Assembly (NCBI GenBank): GCA_000934665.2 | Contig: JYFJ02003818.1 | Location: 1 to 37,246 of the forward strand | DNA: 37,246 nucleotides | Reading direction: 5' to 3' | Source of the DNA: Catajapyx aquilonaris | Lineage: Eukaryota | In this document: piece by piece, positions 1-12,599 of the stretch | Numbering within the stretch: position 1 is the stretch's first letter | Layout of the letters: each line of letters starts with the position of its first letter | Position numbers and translations under genes: made by a program | Notes under the pieces: model-generated | What the model saw: the letters and a program-made list of their open reading frames with translations, nothing else | What the model was told of the DNA's origin: nothing | Database searches by the model: none

Positions 1-23
1 GAGGGTCAATAACACTCCTGGCC

Positions 24-97
24 CCTGGCTGCCAAGGCTCAATACGAAAGAGCCATACAAGCCAGGCATTTCCCTAAAAAACCAACCAACCAACCAA
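24..97 (+). mobile_element. Probable 3' end of a SINE/LINE: stem-loop followed by (CCAA)4 tail
   Basis: cctggct (24-30) pairs with agccagg (60-66), enclosing ggctc/gagcc (36-40/50-54), then taaaaaa and (ccaa)4 at 82-97. Short tandem tails after a 3' stem-loop are typical of retroposons. Confidence 0.35.
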
Positions 98-280
98 GCC
101 ATACGTATTGTCATGCATTAGTGGCTACCAACTGCACGTGTGAGGGTGCCCTCACATGCGCAGAAAATATTTTAATCATACAAAAAAAAATCGGAAAATG
201 GGGACTTCTGTCCAAAGAAGTAGTGTACCGAGTTTCACGTCTTGATCATCGAATACAAGCTTCATATTCAAATAATAAAC

Positions 281-488
281 GTATGTTGCGCCCGGTAGAT
301 CTGGCAACCCCATGAGTGCCCCTCAGCAGGGTCGGTCATCGTCACCTCACGTCCAAATATCATAAGTGTCCAAGTCTTTATCACCGATTGCATGTAAAGG
401 TATGCTGCACCTGGTGGATTTGGCAACCCCGCCATCATCGGGGTCGGTCGTCGTGGCCCCACGACCAATGCTCAGAAAGTGTCGAAAG
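281..488. repeat. Diverged tandem duplication, period about 119 bp
   Basis: gtatgttgcgcccggtagatctggcaacccc...gggtcggtcatcgt...aagtgtc from 281 recurs as gtatgctgcacctggtggatttggcaacccc...gggtcggtcgtcgt...aagtgtc from 400. Confidence 0.8.
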
Positions 489-1267
489 AACTCCTTTTTG
501 TCCAAGGAATTCCATTCTAGCATAGCATCCTCCTTTTTATTATTCCCTTATTTCGAGACGGACCTTTAAAAAACAGCAAAAGGCAGTAATTTCAGCCTTT
601 TCCTCCGTACATAGGATTTCCATAAAATCTGTGAGTGAGCAGCAAGCCCACCCTGAGCCTGGGCCGTTGTTGTCGTGCCCCATCCCCTGCCATCATCATC
701 TCCCAGCACCCATAGAAATGGAGTTGCCGGGAAGGAAGGAAGGGATCATTTGGCCCGATTTGCATCTGGCCTTGGCACGCCTCAAGATATTGCGACTAGG
801 AACAGCACGTAGCAAAGTTGGTCTCCCAAGATTTAGCTCGTTTTATAACGTAATCAACAAGAGGTGCCATTTGGGAGCTGGGATTGTGCGGTGAAAGCAG
901 TGGCCCACCAGCGATGTAAAGCCCCCTCTGGATGAAAATCGTAAAGAGAAAGCCATAAAAAGTGAGCGTTTTCATTTCCAGACTCCTCTTCTGTCATTCG
1001 GAAATCAGCAGGAACAAGTGCTTTCTCCAGTTATATGGCTTGGGGTTCTCCAAAGCGACTTATATTCTTTTTCTGGAATGTTTCTCAATATATCGCGCAT
1101 CATTGCTCAATATGCAGTGTGTTACAGTTGATAAGCTGCTAATATAATTTGGAACAGCTACTTTTATAAATAATTATGTCAATAATAACAGGTTGCTAAT
1201 AATTGGTGCCAACAGGTCATTCCCAAGTTTATTGTAATTTTTGGCTAAAGTAACTATTTTACGTACA

Positions 1268-1385
1268 CCTCCTGAGACCCCTGGTACAGTATACTGTACC
1301 TTTGTTTTTTCCAGCACCTTCTGACTAACTCAAACGCGTAAAAAAAACAAAGGTGATTGAAAGGTGTACTAGGAGTCTCAGGAGG
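1268..1385. mobile_element. Small MITE with 21-bp TIRs (piggyBac-like termini, tentative)
   Basis: cctcctgagacccctggtaca (1268-1288) vs tgtactaggagtctcaggagg (1365-1385) is 19/21 inverted match. There is an inner IR acctttgtttttt/aaaaaacaaaggt. Right flank is ATAA, not a clean TTAA. Confidence 0.65.
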
Positions 1386-1424
1386 ATAAAACGTACACCT
1401 AGACCATATAGACAACAACCGACA

Positions 1425-1625
1425 CCATAGACAACGACAACAACAACAACAAACCAGAGACAAAAAAAATCGCTTTCCAAAATTTTATGAATATTTTCCG
1501 TAAAAAGAAAAATTCTGCTGTTTCCACTGAAAACTTATGCATAAAAATATTCATAAGGCGCATAATATTTTGGAAAGCGACTTTTGTCTCTGGTTTGTAG
1601 TTGTTGTTGTCGTCGTCGTCTATGG
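1425..1625. mobile_element. Foldback/MITE element with about 65-bp TIRs containing (CAA/CGA)n
   Basis: ccatagacaacgacaacaacaacaacaaaccagagacaaaaaaaatcgctttccaaaattttatg (from 1425) mirrors cataatattttggaaagcgacttttgtctctggtttgtagttgttgttgtcgtcgtcgtctatgg (1561-1625). A further inner IR is ttatgaatatttt/aaaatattcataa. Confidence 0.8.
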
Positions 1626-1850
1626 CCCCCAAAAACGGGGTAACGTAAAAATAAAATAAAATAGAATGTGTTTTTTTGCAAATGCGAAAAAAACTGTTTC
1701 ATGCACTACCGTAAATAAAAATATATTTCTCCACTTTACTGTATAAAATTTATGCACCTATGCATTTAAATGCATAAAATATGTAATACGTTGATGCATT
1801 TAAAATGCATTAAAATATCAGGTAACTGAATATAATTATATACGGTACCA

Positions 1851-2004
1851 AATTTGCAATATTGTGTCTGCATATATTTCTGCAAAATTTGCAATATTGT
1901 GTCTGAATATTTTCCTCATATTTTGCAATGTTGTGTCTGAATATTTTCGCCATATTTTGCAATGTTGCGTTTGAATATTTTCGCCATATAAATTCGCAAT
2001 ATGT
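1851..2004. repeat. Minisatellite, about 34-35 bp unit, about 4.3 copies
   Basis: Unit tttgcaatRttgYgtYtgaatattttcgccata starts at 1853, 1888, 1922 and 1956, with a partial copy at 1993. Confidence 0.9.
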
Positions 2005-2994
2005 GAACCCTCATATCGCACACTCCTAGCCATGGCCACGTTGTTATGGTTTGCAAACCAGCCCCTGATTCGTTTCTGCACACGGAAGGGGAGGATTCAA
2101 AGGGGGCCCAGCAATCCAATCGGAGTGGCACTTTGCAATTTGCGTGACTGCGAAATGCCCTCGGAGTCACCCCTCGTTTCAAATCATTTGCCTATAGTGT
2201 ATAACTCACTCCTGATTTTCATACCCCCTCTTCTAAAACTCACCTTTTTTTCTTCTTTAAAGTTGTCACATTTTGTCCACCCCATTTTGATGTCATGCTA
2301 CCCTCAACCTTTCGACCCGTCTAATTTTAGTCTCTTCGTGACCCCCACATCGATTACGAGATTGCTTCGTCTTCTGATTAGGTTTTCAGGCCTTGATGGG
2401 AACAATAATTGCAGGGGTGAGGGGGTATAGTGGGTATTGCCCTGGAGGGTCTCATAGCAACACGCTGTCCTCCACAACTTGTCTTAGAGAAAAAAAAATA
2501 AGAAGGTGGGCGGGGAGTTATGGCAAGGCGTGATTCAGCAGCCCAAATTTTCATTCAGGTTGAATTCCAAAAAAAATTTGTGGAGACGTGATTGTAAAAT
2601 ATCAAGTCAATCAACAAAAAGATTAAAACGGATGCTCTGGTTAAATCGTGCTTGATAGCACGTTTTTTTGGCGTTAAACTGTTTCATTAACGAACCAGTT
2701 CTGCTGGATTGGTTGGATGGTCGTGAATATATATTTTTTTGTATGCATTGCACGATTGGGTGGTGTTTCAGAAAGGTATTTTTTTTTCGAAAATCAAGAA
2801 ATGTCTAACAATGGTCCAAATAGTTAGAATGTGGCCGGTGAAATCATTATGAGTAACGTTTCATTTAAATAGTCGAACCGTGCCTGGCAGGGCCACAAAC
2901 AATTTTAAACGATAAAAATTATAAAATTCATTAACCCGAGTTTTTGCACAATATATTTTTGCAAAAGTATATGCAACTAGCCTAACAGTTTCCA

Positions 2995-3390
2995 TTGTTG
3001 AACATCATATCTTGTGTTGCGTTTGTATGGGTTGGGTCATATTTAATGAATGGGAGAGATATACATGCTTTTGTTTCAATGCGAAAAAAGGTAAGGAAGC
3101 AGGTGAAAGCCTGCGGGGAAGGTCCAGGAGCAGACATGAACACAGGTGGAAGACTATTGTTGCCAGCTGGAAGTGGTTTCTCTCTTGCCCTTCCCAATCC
3201 AAAATTGGATCTCGTGTCCTGGATTCGCCTTATTTTTTCGGGTATTATTTTTTTTCGAAGGTCCGATACATTTCCGCATTCAGAGCAGTGCAGTGGTCAC
3301 CTGCCTATTCCGTGTGTATGTGGAAGACAGGATGCCGATAATGTGTGGTATAGCCTCTTTCTTGGTATTGCGGTCTCAAAGGGTTCAAAT
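2995..3390 (-). mobile_element. Decayed CR1/L2-group LINE ORF2 C-terminal fragment
   Basis: Across frameshifts: RKRLYHTL, LDWEGQERNHFQLATIVFH, YKRNTR. These are in the order expected for K.LY.sL, L.Wlp..R..f..a.lvfK and H.yNTR of L2/CR1 ORF2. Confidence 0.4.
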
Positions 3391-3980
3391 CAGTGAAGGC
3401 GGGAGCTGCGGCCTATATTATAAAAGGGTGTTGTTCCAGAGAAAACGGATTGGGCTCTATTTAAGTATATTAATCACGCCTAATTCGGTTCACCTGATGT
3501 CGAAAGTGGGTTACAAATGGCCCATGTGCAGATGCAAACGTCAACAAAAAGTCAGAGGAAAAAAACAACAGCTTGTGTGACATAATACTGACAGGCAGTG
3601 GATGTTCCAATTATGTAATTATACTTATTCGTATAATTGCCCTGAATGTTACTGGTACACATGCCTAGTAGTTACCATTATAAGACTGTTACATGAGACT
3701 CGAGATATTTTTTTAAATTTTTTTTCAAAATTGGTGTACTTCCAAGAATAGGGTTAAAAGTTACTTGAATCAATACTGAACATTTATTAATATTACAGCA
3801 TTTATCAATTTTTCTATCACTTGTTGTACTTTCAGCTATTGGAAAAAAATAATTAATATCCCTTAATAATGAATAATCACTGATATTATATAGTTTACCC
3901 CGTGATAGGGCTCGAGTGGCCCTCGTGGGGGGGGGGGGGNGGGGGGGGGGAGTTCCCAAGGGAGGCCACAGTGCGATAGC

Positions 3981-4043
3981 CATTTCTGACATTCTTTAAC
4001 ACCAGGCCTTTTCTCCTGGCCCCGGGCAGAGAAGGGAGTGCAA
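3981..4043 (+). repeat. Dispersed about 63-bp repeat, copy 1
   Basis: catttctgac...acaccaggccttttctcctggccccgggcagagaagggagtgcaa. The 45-bp core matches 33146-33190 with 3 mismatches. Confidence 0.85.
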
Positions 4044-6993
4044 CTATATAATAACTAGCGCACCCGTAGCCAAAATTTGGCAAGGCCTGATGATTTAGTG
4101 CCGTGATCAGAAGGTGGCACCACTCACCAGGGACCTTTCTCCTTCCGGAGCGTTCCAGAGGCGAAAAAATATAGGGGGAATTAATAAGTAATTTTAAAAT
4201 AAATTAAATAGGGAATTACCGTATATAATAATGAATAATAAATTAAATAATGAATTATTATTGTTATTATTCATAGCAGGCACGCTTTTGCAGTCCCGTT
4301 TTCAAAATAGACATGCACTAGGTTAAAGAAACTTCCATGGTCAACCACTCTTTCCAGACCGCAGATTATACAAGAATGTAACAGTATATCGTGAGGTTTC
4401 CCACTTTTCCAATAAAAAAACAAGTCACTCACATCTGTTATGTCTGGTTGGTGGCCAGTAAGACCTTCCTCCAGGTCATACTCGCGAATCGCACCTGCCC
4501 AACGGTTCTTTCTACTTAAAAACAATACCTATTTCCGCCCACATAATCAAAGCCTAAGAAAGTGAAAATCTGACATGATCAGCTGTCGAATCTGCGGCCC
4601 TTTTGAACCATACCACTTCCATATGTATACCTGACAGGTATTATATTTTTAAAAATTTCGTGATAAAAATATCGCATGTCTTGTGGACATTGCACCTGGA
4701 CCAAGCTGATTGTGCAAGGTTCTTCTAAAAATATTGAGAGGTGTAATTGGGGCATTGTTTCACCCCTTGGGCGCAAAGGGCTTTTAGTCCCAGCTGTGAA
4801 CTGCACGTTTGTTGGGAGGTTTTTGCTTGCACACCTTTCTCTTGGAGGAGAGTGAAGACGCTTGTCATGATGGCTTCCAACTGCTTAAGGTTTTTGATTT
4901 ATAGGACCGGGGGTATTTTTGGGGGGATAATAACAATAAAGTTGTGGCAGTGATAAATTGCGGGTGGTTATTATGAGGTTTTACGTTGCTGGTGGTGGGC
5001 TGTTATTATTGTAATTTTGGGGAAGAGGTTTGGCTTCTTCATTCTGAGGTAAATGGCGTTTTCTAGAAATGCGATGGGGTTGTTTGGTCAACACTATGCA
5101 GCGTTGTAAAGGTTTGCGACCAATAAAAATTTTCCAGACATAAAGTGGATAATAATTATTTGCTCTTGCAGTGACTAGAAAACAGCGTAAACGAAAACCC
5201 AAAATAAACCTCGCTTTTCAAACATAATTCTTAATGGTTCCAGTGAGATTTTGATAGCTTTTTTGCATATAAAGTCTTCAATTATATGCACTGGATATTA
5301 GGTTAATAACTCAAAACTGCTTCTTTTACACACCATGTTTCAAATGATGTAATTCAGCAATATGAACATTGAGACCGCTTATATGACTCGTTGGGTTAGC
5401 ACACTCAAATAGAATTTTATGTAACTTTTTTTTAGAACTCCCCCTGTTAAATTCCGAACAATTCGACTTTGAACTGGACAAAACTGTTAAAACACACCGT
5501 GTAGAATCAGTTGGAGGGTTTCACTCAATCTGTCTATATTACAGCCAACACCGGCAGTGGTTTAAATGAATGAACAAACATTCTCGTCATAGCCGCGTTT
5601 AATTTTAATGTGGATTTACTTCTTGTATTAAATAGTGATTAGTTAACTACACTCTTTGCTGCATATGGGATTACAGGTATAGCCTACGGATGTAAGGTTA
5701 CATGTTACACATTACTGGTCATCTGGCCTGGAGTAATTCCGTTTACAAGCAGCATTACTGCAGCACTGCTGTAGTTGAATAATATCCGCAGGCTGTACAG
5801 ATAACTACGTACTAATGTCCTGCCATTTAGTTTGTACATTAGTGATAATACTATGGTTGCACGCATTGGAGCAGCAGTTAACTCACACATGTATAAGCCC
5901 ACAGAGTGCCATTTACATATGTGAAATACACAATACATAATTTACATTAGGCTGATTTTAACTACATATTTAAATTCAGTGATTTGATGCACCAAACAGG
6001 AATACCTACATGGTGGCACGTAGGATACTGTACACTACGAGTCTCCGGGAGTATAATAAATTTAATTAAACTTACCCAATATCTTATTCTCACTCAATGT
6101 CACCAAAATCACCAAAATTTCCACCAGTTGGTGTTATAATTTTAAAATAATTTAGCAGATTAATACACTCAGTTTTTAATAAATCTATTAAACTCGTGGT
6201 TGTTGTAGTTGCGTAATATTAATATATTGACAAATTTGTATGCAGTATATGTAATGTTTGAAAGAGTCGCATTGCGTCGTAATTATTGCATTCATAACCC
6301 TTCATGTACCTTTTACTGATGACACGTACCATATTATAATGCCACAAAAATATGACAGGCTGCGGAAGAGGTCAACTTTCACATTCCATAATTACAACCG
6401 AGTAATTAATACCGCTCTATCCACAAATTATTTGTTGGCAATAATACGTACATCCTACGATTTCCGGCTCAATAGCACTATTATTTTTTACTCTCCATTT
6501 TCATTTTCATCAATTAACGAATACAAAATTATTCCATATTATAAAAGGGCTCTAATCAGTTGTGAACACATGGACTGTACATTGTGAAGCAACAACCTCT
6601 GGCTCCAATTAACCAATTTTGTGAAAAATAAGCACTTGGTCACGATCCAACCCAAATGATGATGATCTCCAACTGCAACAATGTAGAGCTTCAGGACCCA
6701 GGGCGTTGATAAATAATTTGGTAGGAGGGGTATGTGCACAAGCTTGAAGTTTCTGGCCCTCCTTTTTTAAGACCACCCAGTGGGGTCTCGGCAGGGATAT
6801 ATTTTTTTTTCTTTCTTTAAGAAGTTGGAAGGGTATAGTTGCCCCCCCTGAAGGAAACCCCGTGCCATCATCTGAAGATACCCTTCTGACCATATTCTTG
6901 GCGTCTATTAGTCGGACCTCATGCTGGACCTCATTAGTTCAAAATTGAGCACTGATTTTTGTAGGTTACTCAGGAAATAGTTTAAAAAGTACG

Positions 6994-7130
6994 ATGGCAC
7001 GTTGTTCGTGCTTGTCTTTGGTACCACGAATTGTAAATCGAACTTTGGAAGAAGAAAAAAAAAACGGATCGAAATATTCGTGAGGACAAGACACCAGACA
7101 TGCGCTATTCCACAGGTATCCGCCACTTTG
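6994..7130 (+). pseudogene. Possible decayed THAP-domain N-terminus
   Basis: MARC.. / VFGTTNCKSNF ... LFHRYP across frameshifts resembles THAP M..C.v.gC.n...sfhrFP. Key cysteines are partly lost. Confidence 0.25.
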
Positions 7131-8028
7131 GCAGACACTGTCGTGACAGGAATTTTCTACGATTAAGTCTTTGTCAGTAGAGTTATACTGCGCAGTTTTT
7201 TTCAAGCTGGTACGTCATACAGCATAAATACTACGTTAAACACAGGTTAATATGGCATCAAATCCGGGGGGAGTTAAACACGCATGCGCATTTAGGCAGA
7301 TAAGAATCCATGGCCGTCAAATGGGTCGCAATCACCTGTATTTTCAGACTGAAATTATGATTCTTAACTTTAAGCCCCAATTTTCTAAGCAATTAACTCA
7401 AAATGCACCGCCACCAATAGTTACGCAGGTACATGTTTGTAACTAACTCCGATTGGTTCAGCCTGCTATACCGACCTTGCTGATTGGCTTCCTTGAATGT
7501 CCCTGATGAGCAATTGACAATGCAGGGCCTTGTGTCATCCGTCGTAGGAGACGCTTGAGGGTAACGCCTAATGACCACTTGCGTGGTCATCTTGATTAGT
7601 CCTTGTTCCCTTAAATGCCGGGTTATCTATACGACCAGGTTTGTCTCGTGATGCATGGCGAAATCTTGGTGCACATGAGTGCCTAATTTGTAGGCCTAAT
7701 TACATCTTACGTCTACATTAATTAAGATGGGACTAGGGCGGGAAAGATGGCCTTCTGGTTTGGCGTGTGGTCATGCCACTGTTATTTTCGCATGACTCCT
7801 TCACGGAAAAAAGGGGCATGAATTTTTGCTGGGAAAAGTCGTAGTTTACTGATGTCAGTCGTACCCTTGAGAGCTTCTCCACCCTAAAAAATGGGAGGGG
7901 TAAAGCAGTGTAAAAATAATGGGTCTATTTCTTGGTCCGTCCCACATCATCAAAGTCCCAGGATGCCAAGAATGCTAGGGGAGGGAGAGGTGAAACTATT
8001 TGTGGTGTGACAGATTTCGGTCATGCTA

Positions 8029-8412
8029 ACTCAAAACTTGGTATGCATTACACACATTTTGTGAATAAATTGCTTCTAGGACTAAATGCACTGAAATGCG
8101 TTTTGTAACGCACTTTAGTGCATCATTTTATTCACGGAGAATTTCAAGTGCATTAATTTTTTTTTGGAACTTTAAGACGTCATAACTTTTGCAAATATGG
8201 GGTTCCGCACAAAATATTTCATTTTTGGGTATCATATATTGTCCTGTATTAGCATGTTAAATTTCATCAAGATCCGTCATTATCACCCTGTGACCTTCCC
8301 TTGTCAGATATGTAAGGTGCTTAAAATTTTGGTAAATCATTATAATATTTTTATTGGGTGCACACAGGGTACTACATAAATAAATAAATATTGCACATAC
8401 CAAGTTTTGAGT
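8029..8412. mobile_element. Non-coding DNA-transposon-like relic with internal inverted repeats
   Basis: Perfect 17-bp IR actcaaaacttggtatg (8029-8045) / cataccaagttttgagt (8396-8412). Hairpin 8086-8123 has 15/17 arm match. AT-rich body. Confidence 0.5.
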
Positions 8413-10039
8413 GAATTTTACATATTTTGGGTCATACATAGCCCAACTTTTTTTGATCTACCGTTTTTCCTCTACCTTGCATCTCTTCATTCCGCTTCCG
8501 ACCTTTTGGGATCTCGTTACTGGAGTTTGAAATATAAGGGGGGGGGGGGGTCCATAGCAGCATACTTGGGGGTCAGTTGAACGACAGGCAGCCAATTAGC
8601 GGGACGAAACAGGTCTGTGCAGGTACGGACAAAAAGGGGGCCGCTACCGTCTTTCCGTTGGGACCATATTCGGTCTAGAAAAAAAAAAACATGGTCCTGA
8701 TTGCCCAAAATCCGCACGTTAAAGATGTTTCAGGGATATATACATTGCTGGCGACATCAAGGAAAACGTTGCTCATTAGAGACTAGGCCACCAATTAATC
8801 CCATGTTACCTGATCGAGAGCCTGGTTACTTGGCACATTTTGTTCCGTCATTTAATTAGCCTTTTAGACGTCCCTAGGATTTGTTAGCTGACAAACAGTA
8901 CTAACCGCCCAACTCGAGTCAGGGATGAAACCCCCTGAAAAAGCACCGTACAAATGCAGCACCCCCAAAAAATGGTGGTTTGCAACCGTGTTGAATAGGC
9001 CTGGCTTTGGCAAACATAAGACCTGCAGGCTTTTCAGTGTTTGTCTCCTGTCGAAACAGCCACCGTACTAAGGTTGTAATTAGGCTTCAGTCCATAAAGG
9101 CTTTTACATGCATCAAGGGCCGTTTTTTTTGTGCGGACCACGCATGTCGTACCGTAGGCAAATTAATGCTTCGGTGGACTTGTTAATGGTCTAGGGGAAA
9201 TGCAGAGGTTAGCAGTAACTCGGGGTTTAAAGAGGTAGGCCTAATGAAACTACGGGGGTGACACACCCTGTCAAATTATATAGGCTGCAAACGACTTTCA
9301 ACATTGTTCATATGTATGCATCGGCGACAAATGCACTAAGTCCATCATGTCATTCAGAATTACACATATTATTCCCTCGGTATAGAGACATATGGTAGAC
9401 CCCAAGATAAGTCAACCCGGTTGGTACACGCTATATACATCGTAAATTGTCTCCAGGCCTATACTTATTTGCCATCAAGTTTTTTTTGTGTGTTCCCTTC
9501 TTTTAAATTTCAGCAGCACTTTTATGAATGCCAGACAGTTTTCCAATTACTGCAATCCGATCGCCATAATAGGTGAGCTACAAAACTACCCGAGTTTTAG
9601 ACCATGTAATTTAATTTATATGCAAATCTATTACGATGTGAAATTAGTAGGTCCACTTTTCAAGACTCCTTTCACATGTCTTGTGTCATACATTCATATA
9701 TTGGCCCACATGTCAGTTCAGAATATGTACACATGTCGATAACGATACACCTGTGATTTTTCTTCCCCTTGAAAACATTTTGCCCGGGAAAACACAATTT
9801 GCTGCAATTACTCCCGTTCCGTGTATATTCCAACGATGGGGACCATATAATGGATCTCCCAGTTCGTTGGCTCTGGGGCTGACAAAAGCGTCTCTATTCA
9901 TAGGGTTTGGAAAAAAAAAGAGGAAACCACTTTTGTGTTAAGTTAAGAATGAAAGAGATTCCCGCATGTTGGATGGATGGATGGAGGGGGTGGGAGGAAG
10001 AGGGGAGGAAAAGGGAATTTGCTTTTGCCCAGAGCCAAA

Positions 10040-10230
10040 ATGAGGGAGAACCCAACTGTTCCCAGGGAAACATACCCTACCAGATGCCCATTTGCTTCCG
10101 GTTGCAAGACTCCCCCAGATGAGGACTACCTGACCCAGCTTTTGATCAATTCTTTGTCTCTAGAAGAGCTGCTGGATTCATTTGGGGCTCAGGTATATCC
10201 AGCATATATGGCTGAGGATCATGTTTTTGG
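10040..10230 (-). mobile_element. Possible decayed LINE APE-endonuclease fragment
   Basis: HICWIYLSPK*...QVVLIWGSLATGSKWASG resembles ti.siY.pP...iiGDFNa.h..Wg. The GDFN motif is not retained. Confidence 0.3.
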
Positions 10231-10559
10231 AGTTGGCTAACTTGTAGGCAGTGCACATGCTTTTGTTCACTTTGTAATACTTATTATGGTAAACAAAGAG
10301 TTATGAGCATGAGATGGATTCTATAGGGCTATTGTATGCAAGTAAAAATGTACTTATAGACAGAAGGATATTCAGTCTTAACATTTTAGGCAGCAGATTT
10401 AAAATGTGTACACATTCATACTATCACTAGCTGCTATATAGCCTACTAGGATATATTTAATTTAAATTAAAGTTGTGTATATAGCAGACATGCATATTGA
10501 AGGTTTTAAACAAATTTTTATGAACAAATTAACACAATAGCTAATACAAGTGTCCTATA

Positions 10560-10975
10560 CCAGATTCGTGGGTCACTTTTTGGTAACTGATATCGCTCGA
10601 TAGCAGCTATTTTTGTAGCTTGTTGTGCCCCTAACCATATGCTCAATTCTATGGTGCAATTTGCATGCTGGGAAGGTACGTAGATAAATAAATTTACATG
10701 AAAAGTCACTTGACTTGCCAAGCTGGTCAGAGCAGTTTGGGGAAGTGTGGTCAGCTGACCAGCCAGGCTTGGAATAGGCTAGTCAACTGACTCGCTTGAC
10801 GCATAAAACTGGATATAGTCAATTGACCAGCCTAGTGCGTCACTTGACCAGCCTAGCTCGTCACCCGACTAGTCCATTTTTCTGTGATAGAATGAGGCAC
10901 AACAAGCTACAAAAAATAACTGCTATCGAGCGATATCAGTTATCAAAAAGTGAACCACGAATCTGGAACACCCTG
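10560..10975. mobile_element. Tc1/mariner-type MITE with about 70-80 bp TIRs and TA target site
   Basis: Left arm ccagattcgtgggtcactttttggtaactgatatcgctcgatagcagctatttttgtagcttgttgtgcc (10560-10629) mirrors right arm 10896-10966. The right end is ...acaccctg|TA (CAGGGTG terminus). The left end has TA at 10558-59 and lacks 9 bp (agggtgttc). Confidence 0.8.
10704..10886 (-). mobile_element. CACA-ended (EnSpm/CMC-like) non-autonomous element end nested in the MITE
   Basis: Minus strand starts cacagaaaaatggactagtc. It is rich in gtcaNNtgac/ctagtc motifs shared with the 28490 and 36223 elements. Confidence 0.6.
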
Positions 10976-12599
10976 TATACATAGGACGCTGCATATCTGC
11001 GGGTTAAACTGAAATCACAAAAATTTCAGATGATATATCACACTTTTTCAGCCGCAGACTTACGCACCCTATGCAAACACGACTATTTTTCTCCAAAATT
11101 AGTACCATTATGGTTTGGAAATCCGCTCTCAGTTTTCCTTGAATAATGCCCCCCCATATTCAAACTCCCTGCATATGATTCCATATATTCAGAGAGAGCC
11201 AGCTCGGATTATAAACTCTGGGGGGAACGGCGTTCCCACCAAAAAGTGTGACGTTAGTAGCTGCTATACAGGCTATAAATCACCAGCTTTTCACCAAACG
11301 GCTTTTAAAGCCCAAATGCACGCCTTTCTAAATGGTGCCGAGGATCTACTGTTAGCCCGGAACAAATTGAACTGAATACCCGTAAATATTCCGCTGTGGG
11401 TTTATGCGGACGTTTATTATGCATAACTTTTTTTTTCTCTCTCTCTCCCAGTACCCAATGAGTAATCGACAGTTAGCGTCGTGACGCGTGTTGGAACGGG
11501 CGGCTGCTTTTATTGGAAATGCCCACGTTTTTACACTGGACTAACGGGCCGTAAAAAATATACGTCACGTACACACGGTTATTAAGACACAAACCCGGAT
11601 TTTAGGAAATTGCGACGTTTTCAAATTGCGCATAGTGCTGGATTTTTAGGAGTGATAAATATGGCCTAGTTGCATGCTGGTATGGCATTATGTAGGTTGG
11701 TCGAGGGGGGGTCCATCCATGAGAAGAACGTCCCTAAACAACTGTGGGACATGCATCGTAGTCACGGCAATGCTATCATTGGTTCATAGCAGGACCTAAA
11801 GACAGACACGCCCAGTGTGTGTGCAGTGTTAATGCGTGCACTGATTCAATGCACAGCATGTTATGCTGTATTCACCAGAATGCACCCGCACTGCATTAGA
11901 TACGATTAACTGCGCGTGCTGTAATCAGCAGTGTGAACCAAAGGCATCAAATGGTTACCAGCTATGAAGTTTAAAAATGCAACGACATGATGCTGATATG
12001 TTTTGTGTAATATGGCAGCAGATATGAGTCAAACAATTTGTGAATTTTAAATTATTCCATTTATTTTTTTAAAACAATTTGTGGTACTTAAAGAGAAATC
12101 CTTGATGGGTGAGAATCCGATGCTTCCAGGGATGAAGTAAACAAATTATGTAAACTACAATGAAATAATTTTTCTGCGCAAATATTTCCAGACCTTCAAG
12201 CATATAAGAGGTTTGTTTTTGAAACAAAAACGTAGTTGTATTCACAGACCAGTTGTGGCTCATAATCTGCCTAAATAAGTCATAAATCACCTATCGTTGT
12301 ATTACTTCCGTCATGATGACTTATACCAAAATGTGTCTCATCCCAAGTGACATCATCTGGCTGGAATCTTCTACAATCATCACATTGTACAAATCCTAGG
12401 CAAGGCCCAGACTCATAAATAACAAGGATTCATATCTGCATGACCAAAGTAAAACTGACAGCTGACGTCTGTGGTAATTGGCATTCATCATCTTACCTGT
12501 AGGGAACACGTGCGACTTCAATTACTCCAAAGACTCGTATTAATTTCTATTCTATTATCAATAATTACATGGTGGGATGTGCACTTACCCCGCCCATAG

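Noticed and set aside
1851..2004. CRISPR-like periodicity (also 19906-20072)
   Set aside because: Units are head-to-tail with no unique spacers, and there are no cas genes. These are minisatellites.
2995..3580. Three overlapping plus-strand ORFs (109-144 aa)
   Set aside because: No domain recognised. The motif evidence is on the minus strand (LINE relic).
7503..7540. CTGATGA hammerhead core (also 4087, 6316, 21324)
   Set aside because: No stem II followed by GAAA could be formed.
9977..10240. Plus-strand ORF with a protein-like C-terminus as a host exon
   Set aside because: No family recognised, and the opposite strand has APE-like motifs.
11115..11375. Penelope-like IPYIQ motif; also gag-like FINALGPEAL (6609-6893), RNase H-like 17170-17410, and LINE-like 21150-21400 and 21700-21800
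   Set aside because: Each rests on one or two short motifs, too weak to list as features.
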